Below, one piece after another: positions 29,431 to 40,185 of a DNA stretch of 64,000 nucleotides; within the stretch, counting starts at the first letter, position 1, and each line of letters begins with the position of its first letter. Made by a program: the position numbers and the translations under genes. Below the pieces are notes generated by a model. The model made no database searches, had not been told where the DNA came from, and saw nothing but the letters and a program-made list of their open reading frames with translations. This stretch comes from an uncultured Candidatus Rokubacteria bacterium (lineage in GTDB: Bacteria; Methylomirabilota; Methylomirabilia; Rokubacteriales; DASRDR01). The stretch covers positions 672,001-736,000 of the forward strand of contig CAWDVE010000017.1 in assembly GCA_963805625.1 (NCBI GenBank). The letters run 5' to 3'.

Positions 29431-30063
29431 ATGATGAACAACAGCCCTCGGCATGTGATCTCTGGCCTCGTGGCACTCGCCGTGCTCATCGCCCTCACCT
29501 CCTGCAGCGCCACGCGTCTCACCGACGTCTGGCGGGACCCGGGATACGCAGGCGGGCCCTTCCACCAGGTGGCAGTGTTCGTGCTCGGCGCCGACGAGGC
29601 CGTCCGGAAGCTCGTCGAGGACGAGATGGTGCGGCGCCTTCCCATGAGCACCCGCGGCATCGGGAGCTACGGGATCGTGCCCGAAGCCGAGCGGGGCGAC
29701 ATCGACAAGGCCCGAGAACGGCTTCGCACCGGCGGATTCGACGGCGCCATGATCGCGCGGGTGATCGGCGTCGAGGGCCCGGTACCCTGGGCGGCCGGCA
29801 GCCTCCAGCAAGTGCCGGTCTCGTACCGCACGCTCGGAAACTACTACGTCAACACGTACCAGGAGACTGAGCGCTCGAGCAGCCTCCGCGCTTCCACGGT
29901 CGTGCGCGTCCAGCTGAACGTGTACGCGGTCGCCTCCGAGGCGCTCGTCTGGTCGGCGGCCAGCCGGACGTCCAATCCCGAGGAAACGCGGGACGTGGCC
30001 GGGGACGTGGCGAAGCTCGCGGTCGAGGAGCTCCAGAAGGTCGGCATCCTGGCGGCGGAGTGA
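29431..30063 (+). CDS. Lipoprotein of unknown function
   Basis: Lipobox LTSC; 'W.DP.Y', 'R..VED', 'LVWSA.S.T'. Confidence 0.75.
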   Translation: MMNNSPRHVISGLVALAVLIALTSCSATRLTDVWRDPGYAGGPFHQVAVFVLGADEAVRKLVEDEMVRRLPMSTRGIGSYGIVPEAERGDIDKARERLRTGGFDGAMIARVIGVEGPVPWAAGSLQQVPVSYRTLGNYYVNTYQETERSSSLRASTVVRVQLNVYAVASEALVWSAASRTSNPEETRDVAGDVAKLAVEELQKVGILAAE

Positions 30064-30122
30064 GAGGTAGCAAGCCGGCCACGCCGTCGGACATCCTGAT
30101 CCGGGGTACGGTGGCGCGACGG

Positions 30123-31205
30123 CTACGCGGCGGCCAGACGCCGAGCTCGCGCGGTCCAGATGCGGCCGTCGAGCCAGTAGTGGCTGAGGAGCCCGGCCGC
30201 GAGGAAGGGCGAGAGCCAGTCGAGCCCTGACAGCGTGCACGCCGCCCAGCTGGCGAGGCCCACCGCAGGCCACACCGCGAAGGAGCCGAGCAGGTTCAGC
30301 TCTCCGCCGAGCCCCGGGCGCCGGGCCCTGCCGGCCTGCCGGGCCATCGCGTAGGTGAAGTAGAGGTACTGCACCTCGTGGTGGAGCACCAGCACCAGGA
30401 TGAAGGCGGTGCTCCAGGCGCCGACAACGTAGGCGCTCCCGAAGGCGACGGCGTTCGCCAGCACGAGCCATCGCTCGGCGGGATGCACGAGCGGCTGGCC
30501 GGCGGTGCGATCGGCCAGCCCGGCCGGGCGCATCCAGCTGGACGCCCACGCGAGGTAAGCGAGGACGCTCCCGAGTGCCAGGCCCCCGAGCGCGCCGAGC
30601 ACCGGCGCGGTCAGCGCCAGACCATGGAACGGCTCACCCTCGAGCGTCGACGCAGTGCTCGTGAAGTAGGCGACGGACGCCGCCATCGGCAGGTAGATGG
30701 CCGCCTGGAAGAGCCAGCGGTGGCAGGTGGACCGCGGCCCTCCCGCGCGTCTCTGGTAGTAGCCCGCAACCCCGAGGTTCTGGCGGCCCCGATGCCAGGC
30801 GCCCAGATATAGGATGGCGGTGGTGAGGAGTAGCGGCCGGTCGCTCATCGCCAGGGCATAGGTCGCGGCGAGGATGGCGAGCGGAACCACGAGCACGTCG
30901 AACGGCATGCGGCGCCAGAGGCGGCGCCGCCACACTGCGTCGTACGTCGCCCCGAGGTGGAGTTCGGACAGGAGCACGTCGGCCGCGCTGAGGTGGCGGT
31001 CGCCGAGGAGGAGCAGCGCGAGCGCCATCGCCACGAGCAGCGCGGCGCCGCCGGCGCAGGCAACCCAGAAGTCGGCGGTCTCGGAGATGAGCCACATGTT
31101 CTCGGTCGACGCGATCCACCCGGGCGCGGACGTCGCGACCGGCGCAGGGCCGATGGGGCGAAGGGGGGCGGCCGGGCTCGTCGTGTCGGGAGCGACCGAG
31201 CTCAT
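30123..31205 (-). CDS. Polytopic membrane protein with spaced His motifs
   Basis: Many TM segments; 'HLGATY', 'WH...QN.G', 'HHEVQYL', 'HYWLDGRIW'. Confidence 0.75.
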   Translation of the reverse strand: MSSVAPDTTSPAAPLRPIGPAPVATSAPGWIASTENMWLISETADFWVACAGGAALLVAMALALLLLGDRHLSAADVLLSELHLGATYDAVWRRRLWRRMPFDVLVVPLAILAATYALAMSDRPLLLTTAILYLGAWHRGRQNLGVAGYYQRRAGGPRSTCHRWLFQAAIYLPMAASVAYFTSTASTLEGEPFHGLALTAPVLGALGGLALGSVLAYLAWASSWMRPAGLADRTAGQPLVHPAERWLVLANAVAFGSAYVVGAWSTAFILVLVLHHEVQYLYFTYAMARQAGRARRPGLGGELNLLGSFAVWPAVGLASWAACTLSGLDWLSPFLAAGLLSHYWLDGRIWTARARRLAAA

Positions 31206-31535
31206 CTTGCAGGCATGGTACCGCCGGAGCCACGGGCTGTGCAGGGGACCGTGCGCAGAGAGCAGAGGTCAGGCAACTGGACCTGAGCGGCTTGACACCG
31301 CCCGCGCCGGCCGCGCACCATCGGGGTCGCGTGGGATCGGGCCGGCCTTTGTCCGCCAGCCCCCTTGGGGGAACGGGAGAAACGGCCGAGGCAGAACATC
31401 CTCCTGGCCTCCGGGTCACCGACCACGTCCGCGTACACTCGCGTGGCCGGACCGTCCACCCCTGCCCGTCGCACGCGCTTTGGGAGAACGAAGAGGTCAA
31501 AGCTCGATATCCCGGACTCTAGGAGGGACGCCCCG

Positions 31536-32516
31536 ATGGACCGACGGACCTTCGTGATGAGAATGACCGGGCTCGGCGGCGTCGGCGTCGGAACTCTCTT
31601 CACACGCCGGGCCGCCACCGCGGCCGACCCGTTTCGACTCGGTTACCAGGTGAATATCTGGGGCAGCCTGTCGGTGGTCGCCCTCAAGTCGGGAGTCTTC
31701 GAGAAGCTGGGCCTGGCGGTCGAGGGGATCCAGGCGCCGGTCGGCAGGCAGACCCGCGATGCGATGGTCGCGGGACGGATCGACTTCGGGACCTTCGCCG
31801 TCCAGACCTTCATCCTCGGCGCGGAGAAGGGTGAGCTGGTCGCGGTGGCGCTCGCCGGCAACGCGGGTAAAACCGTCCACGTGCTCGTCCGACCGGACTC
31901 GCCGTACCAGAGCGTTGCCGAGCTCCGAGGGAAGAAGATCGCGACCGGCGTCGGCAGCAGCACGGACGCGGTGTTCCAGTCCCGGGTTGCCCCGAAGTTC
32001 GGGCTCGCAGCCGGGAGCTACGAGCCGGTCAACACCCTCGAGCCGGACAAGGTGGCGGCGCTGGTCGCCAAGCAAGTGGAGGCGAGCGTCAGCACCGAGC
32101 CTTTCATCTCCGTCGCCGAGGAGCAGGGGCTGGCCCGGTCGCTCGTGAGCTTCGAGACGTACGACCCGATTCCCGTGGTCCTCGCCGCCGGCGCCGGCGT
32201 CGCTGACAAGCGCCGCGATGCCACGGTGCAGTTCCTCCGCGGCTGGACCACCACGGCGCGGTTGTTCCGGGACGACCCCCAGCGGGCCGCAAACGTCATG
32301 ACCGAGGTCCTGAACGAGCGGGGCTACCAGGTGACGCCGGCGGTGGTGCGGAAGGCCCTGGGGCGCTTCGACGTCAAGGTGGACATGGGCCCGGAGCTCC
32401 GCGCCTACACCGTGGCGGAGGCCGAGAGCCTCCTCAAGGCGGGGCGGATCAAGACCATGCCGGACTGGGACCGGGCGCTCCGACGCGACCTGCTCGAGCA
32501 GGCGATGAAGGGGTGA
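31536..32516 (+). CDS. ABC transporter substrate-binding protein (SsuA/TauA/THI5-like), Tat-type signal
   Basis: AGGAGG RBS, 'MDRRTF', 'SVAELRGKKIA', 'EPF'. Confidence 0.9.
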   Translation: MDRRTFVMRMTGLGGVGVGTLFTRRAATAADPFRLGYQVNIWGSLSVVALKSGVFEKLGLAVEGIQAPVGRQTRDAMVAGRIDFGTFAVQTFILGAEKGELVAVALAGNAGKTVHVLVRPDSPYQSVAELRGKKIATGVGSSTDAVFQSRVAPKFGLAAGSYEPVNTLEPDKVAALVAKQVEASVSTEPFISVAEEQGLARSLVSFETYDPIPVVLAAGAGVADKRRDATVQFLRGWTTTARLFRDDPQRAANVMTEVLNERGYQVTPAVVRKALGRFDVKVDMGPELRAYTVAEAESLLKAGRIKTMPDWDRALRRDLLEQAMKG

Positions 32517-32539
32517 GGGGCAAGCGAACGGCGATGATT

Positions 32540-32781
32540 TGAGGTAGTGCGGCTCAAGGTGGACGTTATCGTCAAGGGGGGTGCGATCGTGACCCGTCAC
32601 GCCAAGGGCGCCACCAGGGCGATCCCCGTCGTAATGGCGCAGGATACCTGTTGGGGACGGGTCCGTTGCCAGTCTGGCGCGACCTGGCGGGAACACTGCT
32701 ATCAACCTCAGGGATGCGAAGGCGATCGGGTTGACGATCCCACAGTCGCTCCTGCTCAAGGCAGACGAGATCATCAAGTGA
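32540..32781 (+). pseudogene. Internally deleted remnant of a different ABC substrate-binding family
   Basis: 'EVVRLKVDVIV.GG......AK.AT..IPVVM', 'VASLARPGGN', 'INLR.AKAIGLTIPQSLLLKADEIIK*' compressed into ~240 bp across frames. Confidence 0.85.
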
Positions 32782-33617
32782 GCCCGGGCGTTGGAGCAGT
32801 CGCCCGGCCGGCGCATCACGCAGGGCCGGAGGCCCGCGAGCGAACCGAGGCGGGGCGGCTCCGTGATGCCGGCGAGTTCCTCTTACCCTTCGCGGTGGCG
32901 GCGGTGGCGTGGGAGCTCTTCGCCGCCTTCGGCCCGCTGCCGGCCAAGCTCTTCCCGAGCCTCGGGACCGTGGCCCAGGCCTTCTGGCGCCTGCTGGCCT
33001 CCGGTATCCTCCTCGCCCACGCCCAAGGCACCCTCGTCCGCCTGCTCTTCGGGTTCCTGCTCGCAGCCACCCTGGGGGTCACGGTTGGGATCGCGATGGG
33101 CCGCTACCGCTGGGCCGAGGACCTGCTGCTCCCGCTCGTCAGCATCGGCAGCCCGATCCCCGGCCTCGCCTACGCGCCGCTCTTCATCCTCTGGTTCGGC
33201 CTCGGCAACCTGCCCGCCGTGCTCCTCGTCGCCGTGGCCGCTGCCTTTCCGGCCGCGCTCAACACCTGGACGGGCGTGAGAGCCGTGAAGGAGATCTGGC
33301 TCCGGGCGGCCAAGGGGATGGGGGCGCCGGAGCGCCAGCTCTTCCGCAAGGTGGTCCTGCCCGGCGCCCTCCCGTACATCCTGACCGGGCTTCGGCTGGC
33401 CCTGGCTCGCGCCTGGCGGGTGCTGGTCGCGGTGGAGATGCTGACCTCGGTGCCCCGCGGGCTCGGCTGGCTCATCTTCGGCGCGCGCGAGTTTCTCAAC
33501 ACCGACGTCATGCTGGCGGGGATCGCGGTGATCGGGCTCATCGGCCTCTTGCTGGAACGCGTCGTCTTCGAGCGGCTCGAGCGGTTCACGGTGGTCCGCT
33601 GGGGGATGATGGCGTGA
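32778..33617 (+). CDS. ABC permease (SsuC/TauC-like) 1
   Basis: 'PIP.LA..PL..LWFG.G', 'A..MGA....LF.KV.LP.ALP.I.TGLR'. Start approximate. Confidence 0.92.
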   Translation: MSPGVGAVARPAHHAGPEARERTEAGRLRDAGEFLLPFAVAAVAWELFAAFGPLPAKLFPSLGTVAQAFWRLLASGILLAHAQGTLVRLLFGFLLAATLGVTVGIAMGRYRWAEDLLLPLVSIGSPIPGLAYAPLFILWFGLGNLPAVLLVAVAAAFPAALNTWTGVRAVKEIWLRAAKGMGAPERQLFRKVVLPGALPYILTGLRLALARAWRVLVAVEMLTSVPRGLGWLIFGAREFLNTDVMLAGIAVIGLIGLLLERVVFERLERFTVVRWGMMA

Positions 33618-34411
33618 TCGCGTCCGTCCGGTCCGGCGCCTGGCGGCCGCTCGTGCCGGGGGCAGCGGGCGTGATCCTCTTCGGACTCGCCTGGGAGGCA
33701 TTCGCCCGAAGCCACCTCTTCGCCCCAGTGCTCACTCCCACCGTGGGGACCATCGTCGTCGCCCTCGGACGGATGGTCCTCGACGGGTCGCTCTTCGGCC
33801 ACGTCGCGATCACCCTCTACCGCGTCCTGTCGGGGCTGGTGCTGGCGTCGGTCGTCGGCGTCCCGCTCGGCATGCTCATGGGGCGATGGCGCCCGGCCGA
33901 GCGGTTCTTCCTCCCGCTCATGAGCGTGCTGATGCCGATCCCGTCGCTCGCCTGGGTGCCGCTGTTCATCCTCTGGTTTGGTCTCGGCAACACGGCGACG
34001 ATCATGCTGGTCTTCTACGCGGCGACGTTCCCACTGATCTACAACACCTGGACCGGCGTGCGGTCGATTAACCGGCTCTGGCTTCGGGCAGCCACCGCCA
34101 TGGGAGCCGACGAGCGCGCGCTCTTTCGGAAGGTGGTCCTGCCGGGATCGCTCCCGTTCGTGATCACGGGGCTCCGGCAGGCCTTCGCCCGCTCCTGGAT
34201 CGCGGTCGTGGGCGGCGAGATGATCGCCGCCAGCGCTTGGGGTCTCGGGTGGGTGATCTTCGATGCCAAGGAGTTCCTCAACACGGACGTGATGATGGGC
34301 GTCCTCGCCGTCATCGGCGGCGTCGGGCTTCTTTTCGAGCGTGTCGTCTTCCAGACGCTCGAGGCCCGCTCGGTGGCGCGCTGGGGGATGCTCCGGACGG
34401 TGAAGGCATGA
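33614..34411 (+). CDS. ABC permease (SsuC/TauC-like) 2
   Basis: Paralog of permease 1; GTGA overlap. Confidence 0.92.
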   Translation: MIASVRSGAWRPLVPGAAGVILFGLAWEAFARSHLFAPVLTPTVGTIVVALGRMVLDGSLFGHVAITLYRVLSGLVLASVVGVPLGMLMGRWRPAERFFLPLMSVLMPIPSLAWVPLFILWFGLGNTATIMLVFYAATFPLIYNTWTGVRSINRLWLRAATAMGADERALFRKVVLPGSLPFVITGLRQAFARSWIAVVGGEMIAASAWGLGWVIFDAKEFLNTDVMMGVLAVIGGVGLLFERVVFQTLEARSVARWGMLRTVKA

Positions 34412-35244
34412 GGCAACCCCAGATCGAACCCTCGCCACTGGCGCATCCCGACGTTCCTCATGGACCGTTGCCTCGAACCTCGTTGAGTCAGATCGAGGTT
34501 CGCGGCGTCACCCAGGAGTACGAGACAGGCGACCGCCGGATCATCGCGCTTCGCGACGTGAGCTTCACGGTGGGGGCCTCCGAGTTCGTCTGCGTGCTCG
34601 GCCAGTCGGGCTGCGGCAAGACGACCCTTCTGAATCTCCTGGCCGGGTTCCTCGTCCCGACGGGGGGGGAGATCCTGGTCGACGGCAAGGCCGTGAGCGG
34701 GAAGGGGGGCGACCGCGGCATCGTCTTCCAGGACTTCGCCCAACTCTTCCCCTGGCGGACCGCGCAGCGCAACGTCGAGTTCGGTCTGGAGATGCGGAGC
34801 GTCCCCGGCCCTGAGCGGCGCGAGATCGCGCTGCGGCATCTGCGACTAGTGAAGCTCGAGCCGTTCGCGGGCGCCTACCCCCACCAGCTGTCGGGCGGGA
34901 TGCAACAGCGTGTGGCCATCGCGCGGGCGCTCGCCTACGATCCTTCGGTGCTGCTGATGGATGAGCCCTTCGCCGCCCTGGACGCGATGACCCGCGAGGA
35001 GATGCAGCGGCTACTGGTCGAGGTGTGGCAGAAGACAGGGAAGACCGTTGTCTACGTCACCCACAACGTGGCCGAGGCGGTCTATCTCGCCGACCGGATC
35101 GTCATCCTCACGCCGCACCCGGGGACGGTCAAGACCGAGCTAAAGGTCACGCTGCCCCGGATGCGCGACCCGCTGGTGGTGGAGTTCCTCGAGTATCAGC
35201 GGGAGGTGATCGGTCACCTGACGGGGCAACCCGAGGGACGCTGA
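34408..35244 (+). CDS. ABC ATPase (SsuB/TauB-like)
   Basis: Walker A GQSGCGKT, LSGGM, 'LLMDEPF', 'VTH'. Confidence 0.95.
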   Translation: MRQPQIEPSPLAHPDVPHGPLPRTSLSQIEVRGVTQEYETGDRRIIALRDVSFTVGASEFVCVLGQSGCGKTTLLNLLAGFLVPTGGEILVDGKAVSGKGGDRGIVFQDFAQLFPWRTAQRNVEFGLEMRSVPGPERREIALRHLRLVKLEPFAGAYPHQLSGGMQQRVAIARALAYDPSVLLMDEPFAALDAMTREEMQRLLVEVWQKTGKTVVYVTHNVAEAVYLADRIVILTPHPGTVKTELKVTLPRMRDPLVVEFLEYQREVIGHLTGQPEGR

Positions 35245-35416
35245 CCCGAGGGCTCGCGCCCGCCGAAGAGGGCGTCTTCGCGCGACGCCACGGGCACACC
35301 GGATCTCGTTCGGCCGAGGCGGGGCTGACACCACCCTCGCCTGAGGAACCGGGTCTCAGGCACTTGCTCCACTCAGGCCGATCAGAGTACACTCCGCCGA
35401 CCGAGCTCCCAGTCGG

Positions 35417-37066
35417 GTGACGGAGGGTCCGATGTCAGTTGCCCACAAGGTTGGCGCTCGGATCGCCGACCTCCGCGTGGGGGTAGGATTCCTGTCGAGA
35501 CTGCCGGGTTTTCTCCGGCGTCCCGTCGGCCCCGAGGAAGCGCGCACGACGCTCCGGCGACGCCTCGAGCGGCGCGGGCCCGATTTCCTGGCGCTGGTGA
35601 AGCGTGCGGTCTACGAGCATCCCGACAGCCCGTACCGGCAGCTTCTGCAACTGGCTGGCTGCGAGTACGGCGACCTGGAGCGCCTGGTGGCGGAGGACGG
35701 TCTGGAGGGAGCCCTCCGAACGCTCCTCCGTCACGGAGTCTATCTGACCGTGAGCGAGCTCAAGGGCCGTCGCACAGTCACGCGAGGCAGCGCGACCGTC
35801 ATGTTCGAGCCGGCGGGGCTCCGGAATCCCCGGGCCGCCCTGCACGTTCCAGTCGCGAGCAGTGGCAGTCGCGGTGTGAGCGCGGTTGTCTCCCTCGATC
35901 TCGTCTTTCTCCGCGACACGGCCGTGGATCAGGGCCTGGTTCTCGCAGCGCGTCATGGCTCGCAGTGGCGCCACGCGATCTGGAGCGTTCCGGGCGGTGC
36001 CGGCTTCAAACAGATCCTGAAGTTCAGCGGTTGCGCGGCACCCCCGGAGCGGTGGTTCTCCCAGCTGGATCCTGCGACACCGGGACTGGACCCGCGCTAC
36101 AGGTGGACGACGGAGCTGATCTGCCGGGGAAGCGCCCTGGCCGGCGTCCCGCTCCCGCGTCCCCGCTACGTTCCGGTTGATGACCCGCTACCGATCGCGC
36201 GCTGGATGGCGGAGGTGCTCCGGGCCGGGGATACACCGCATGTCCACACCTTCGTCAGCTCGGCGGTGCGCCTCTGCCAAGCCGCGCACGCCGCCGGCCT
36301 GAGCCTGGACGGAGTGGAGTTCTCCGTGTGCGGCGAGCCGATCACCGCCACGCGCCTGGCCGAGATTCGCCGGGCGGGTGCAGAGGCCGTGTCACAGTAC
36401 GGCACCGCCGAGACGAGCACGATCGGTTTCGGATGCTTGTCGCGCGCAGCGCCCGACGAGGTCCATCTCCTCGACGACATGCACGCGATGATCCAGGCCG
36501 GAGATGCCGCACCGGGCCGCGAGCTGCCGCCCAGCGGCGTTCTCGTGACCTCCCTCCGCCCCACGGCGCCGCTGATGCTCCTCAACGTCTCGCTCGGGGA
36601 TCAGGCGGTCGTCAGCCGACGGACCTGCGGATGTCCGCTCGACGAGCTGGGGTGGACGACCCATCTCCACGGCGTTCGAAGCTACGAGAAGCTGACGGCG
36701 GGCGGGATGACCTTCCTCGACACCGACCTCATCCGAGTCCTGGAGGAGGTGCTCCCCGCGCGGTTTGGGGGCGGCTCGACGGACTACCAGCTCCTTGAGA
36801 CCGAGGCCGGGGATGGCCGTCCGCGGCTACGGCTGCTCGCGAATCCGTCCCTTGGGGCCCTGGACGAAAAGGCCTTGGCCGAGGCCTTCCTGACGGCGAT
36901 CGCCCCGGGCACCGGAACCGAGCGCGTCATGGGACTCGTGTGGCGGGAGGCAGGTTTGGTCGAAGTGGAGCGCCAGCGGCCGCGTAGCACGTCCACCGGA
37001 AAGATCCTCCACCTCTCCACGACGGCTCGGGGGCGAGCAGCGACGGCTGCGACGAGATCGGGCTGA
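35417..37066 (+). CDS. Phenylacetate-CoA-ligase-like (ANL-fold) protein, divergent
   Basis: 'SSGSRG' P-loop, 'GEP', 'QYGTAET', 'LN..LGD', 'CGC', 'TSTGKI'. Confidence 0.7.
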   Translation: MTEGPMSVAHKVGARIADLRVGVGFLSRLPGFLRRPVGPEEARTTLRRRLERRGPDFLALVKRAVYEHPDSPYRQLLQLAGCEYGDLERLVAEDGLEGALRTLLRHGVYLTVSELKGRRTVTRGSATVMFEPAGLRNPRAALHVPVASSGSRGVSAVVSLDLVFLRDTAVDQGLVLAARHGSQWRHAIWSVPGGAGFKQILKFSGCAAPPERWFSQLDPATPGLDPRYRWTTELICRGSALAGVPLPRPRYVPVDDPLPIARWMAEVLRAGDTPHVHTFVSSAVRLCQAAHAAGLSLDGVEFSVCGEPITATRLAEIRRAGAEAVSQYGTAETSTIGFGCLSRAAPDEVHLLDDMHAMIQAGDAAPGRELPPSGVLVTSLRPTAPLMLLNVSLGDQAVVSRRTCGCPLDELGWTTHLHGVRSYEKLTAGGMTFLDTDLIRVLEEVLPARFGGGSTDYQLLETEAGDGRPRLRLLANPSLGALDEKALAEAFLTAIAPGTGTERVMGLVWREAGLVEVERQRPRSTSTGKILHLSTTARGRAATAATRSG

Positions 37067-37080
37067 TCCAGGACGGCATC

Positions 37081-37830
37081 TTGTCGAGTCCACGCCCCCG
37101 CCGAGTTCTGCGCGCCGTGGCCTGGAGCATCGGCGACATTGGATGGCTCTACAGACTCAGTACGAAAGTCGGCCTACGCCGTTGCCTTGAAAGGCTGGAG
37201 CTGAACCACATCTCCCACGGCCCGCAAGGCATCGAGGAGGTCGGCCATCGGCGGTATGTCGGTGGCCGCTGGGAGCGAGCCGGCCGCTGGCAGCTCGAGT
37301 TCATGCGGTCTCAGGGTCTGAAGCCTCACCATCACCTCGTCGACATCGGATGTGGAGCTCTTCGGGGCGGCGTTCATTTCATTCGCTACTTGGATCCTGG
37401 TCACTATCTCGGTGTGGACAAGGAACGACTGCTGATCGAAGCCGGGGCGGAGCAGGAGCTAGGCCGAGCCTTGCGAGAGCTCAAGAAGCCCCAGTTGGTA
37501 GTTTCGTCCGCATTCGACTTCGAACACTTTGCGATGAGGCCGGACTACGCTCTGGCGCAGTCGGTGTTCACACACCTGCCACCTGGGCTGATCGCGCAAT
37601 GCTTGCGCGGACTTCGTGTGGTCATTCCGCCCCATGGAGTCTTCTTCGCCACGTACCATGAGTCAGAGCGGGAGATCACGAACCCCGAGCACGCGCATGA
37701 CCATCGAGCCTTTCGCTACACCAGGCGCCAGATGCTGGACTTCGGGCGCGCTTGCGGGTGGCGCATGGAGTATCGCGGGGTTGGAGAGCATCCTCGCGGT
37801 CAGAGCGTTGTGAAGTACATGCCCTGCTGA
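37081..37830 (+). CDS. Class I SAM-dependent methyltransferase
   Basis: 'GL.P.H.LVDIGCG.LRGG', 'Y.G.D', 'A.SVFTHL'. Start uncertain. Confidence 0.85.
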   Translation: MSSPRPRRVLRAVAWSIGDIGWLYRLSTKVGLRRCLERLELNHISHGPQGIEEVGHRRYVGGRWERAGRWQLEFMRSQGLKPHHHLVDIGCGALRGGVHFIRYLDPGHYLGVDKERLLIEAGAEQELGRALRELKKPQLVVSSAFDFEHFAMRPDYALAQSVFTHLPPGLIAQCLRGLRVVIPPHGVFFATYHESEREITNPEHAHDHRAFRYTRRQMLDFGRACGWRMEYRGVGEHPRGQSVVKYMPC

Positions 37831-37929
37831 TTGGCCCGAAGAGGAGCTTCTCGCAAACCGTCGTCGAGAACAGTCGCTTGCCTCCCGCTGCCACCGCCAT
37901 GTCGAGAGCGCTCGCCGGTCCTCGGGATG

Positions 37930-38330
37930 ACCCTCGACCTGAACGCCGCGCACGATCTGCACGGCCTCCTCGAGCTGCCGCTGGCGCTGACGGATCGGCT
38001 CGAAAGGGATGCCGAGCTGCCGATACTCAGGCTCGTCGTCGCCCATCCCCAGCCCGAGGATCAGCCGCCCACAGCTGAGGCGATCCACGTCGGCCGCCTG
38101 GCGCGCGAGCAGCACCGGGTGGCGGTAGTGGATGGACGCCACGAGGACACCGAGCCGGATTCGAGTCGTCGACACCGCGAGCGCGCTGAAGATCGTCCAG
38201 CAGTCCGCATTCCGGGTCTGGTGGTCACCCCGGACGTAGGCGTCAAACCCCCAGGCTTCGAGGCGCGGACGTAGGCCAGCACATCGGGCCAGTTGCCCCT
38301 GATGAAATTGTAGACCGCGAAGCGAACGCG
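37930..38330 (-). pseudogene. N-terminal fragment of an LLM-class flavin-dependent oxidoreductase
   Basis: 'E..GFD....DH', 'W...ALA..T.RIRLG.LV....YRHP.LLA.QAA.VD.LS.GR..LGLG.G'; frameshifted and truncated. Confidence 0.85.
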
Positions 38331-38951
38331 ACGCTGCCCTTCGGCAACCCAGGGATGCCCTGCTCGAGCGCGAGGCTCCGAGACCATTGCGCTCGTCTTT
38401 GACCTCATCGAATCCGAGACAGGCGGATGACGCCGGGCGTGTGTACCAACGCCAGCATGCCGTGCTTGCGACTCCAGGCCTCGTCCGGCTCTGGCGTGTC
38501 CGCGAAGCGAAAGCCCAGCACCCGATGGACTCCTTGTCGCCGGGTCCTCCGTTCGTTAACGTCCGCACCAGAACGTGATCGGGAACGGGCCATCCCGAGA
38601 ATGGTGAACGAGTCGCAAATTCAGGCCGATGGCTCGTCTCGGCCGCGATCCTGACACACGTCACTCGGGCAAGCAAGTGCCGTGGGCCGGGGCGAGTCCT
38701 TCCGGTCGATCGGGCCAGTCGATCGGGCCGGCCGATCGGAGCGTCGGCCGCGGCGGGCAGAGCGGACTTTGACCTCGCGCGCCGCGAGGCTCCGTAGGTC
38801 GCAAGAAACTCCCGAGCTTCGGCTCCCCGCGAGATCGATCTTCTCGCGGTGTCGGGGCGCGTCGGCCGTGCGGACGGATCAATGCCGGCGGATCGTGACG
38901 CGGGCCCCCCCGGCTCGTGGAGGTGGCCCGCGTCGAGCCGACCCGGGACGG

Positions 38952-39554
38952 CTACGCCTTGGGCGCGAGGCCGAGCCGGAGCTCCAGGATCGTCCGGACC
39001 TCCTTGGCGGTGTCCCGCCAGAGGCTCTTCTCTGGAGTCGTGGCGTAGGCGGCCTGGACTTGTGCCCGGAACTCCGCCAACGCAGCCTCCTGCTTGTCCT
39101 GCGGGGCGATGTCGGTCGTCTTGGAGCGGATGGCGAACGACCGCTGTGTGGCGGCGTGGGGACGCTCGATCCAGCGCCCGATCTCGTTCCAGTCCTGGTC
39201 GAAGAAGACGAGGACCGGGATCGAGCGGTAGCCGTTGTTGAGGAACAGATCCGTCAGATCGAGGTTCTGGTCGCGGAAGAAGACCCGCAGTTCGCAGTGC
39301 GGCATCGCCTCGACGATGCGCGCCAGCATCGGCGAGTTGCGGTGCACGTCCCCGCACCAGTTCTCGGCGAGCATCAGCGCGTGGCGCGCCTGCCGGATGC
39401 CCGAGAAGAAGCGCCGCTCGTCCTCGGTCAAGGACGCGTGGTGATAATTCTCCTCGGTGCGGGCGCGCGTGTCGCCCATCTGTGCGAGGTAGTCCTTCCA
39501 GGTCATGCCGGTGGCGAACCGATGGGCGTCGAGCGGGATCTTGAGCTGCGCCAT
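38952..39554 (-). CDS. Thioredoxin-family protein with monothiol WCGDV motif
   Basis: 'LAENWCGDV', 'RD.N.DL...FL.NG.RSIP', 'W..RP'. Confidence 0.88.
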   Translation of the reverse strand: MAQLKIPLDAHRFATGMTWKDYLAQMGDTRARTEENYHHASLTEDERRFFSGIRQARHALMLAENWCGDVHRNSPMLARIVEAMPHCELRVFFRDQNLDLTDLFLNNGYRSIPVLVFFDQDWNEIGRWIERPHAATQRSFAIRSKTTDIAPQDKQEAALAEFRAQVQAAYATTPEKSLWRDTAKEVRTILELRLGLAPKA

Positions 39555-39654
39555 GTTGGGAGTCTCCTTTGCGATCAGGTCGGATGTGCAGGCTCTGCGA
39601 CTTCAACCAGCGTATTGCATGTTAGCAGATGGCGTCGATCGCCGGGGAACAGGC

Positions 39655-40128
<474 letters not shown>

Positions 40129-40185
40129 GGGATCCTCTTCTCTTCTGCCGCGGGACGGGCGCGCCTGCGCCCGGTCCCCGTGCGA

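Noticed and set aside
38330-38950. Intergenic stretch with small ORFs
   Set aside because: No recognisable protein or RNA motif.
37663-39606. 647-aa minus-strand ORF
   Set aside because: Chance read-through joining an off-frame thioredoxin region to the LLM fragment; not one gene.
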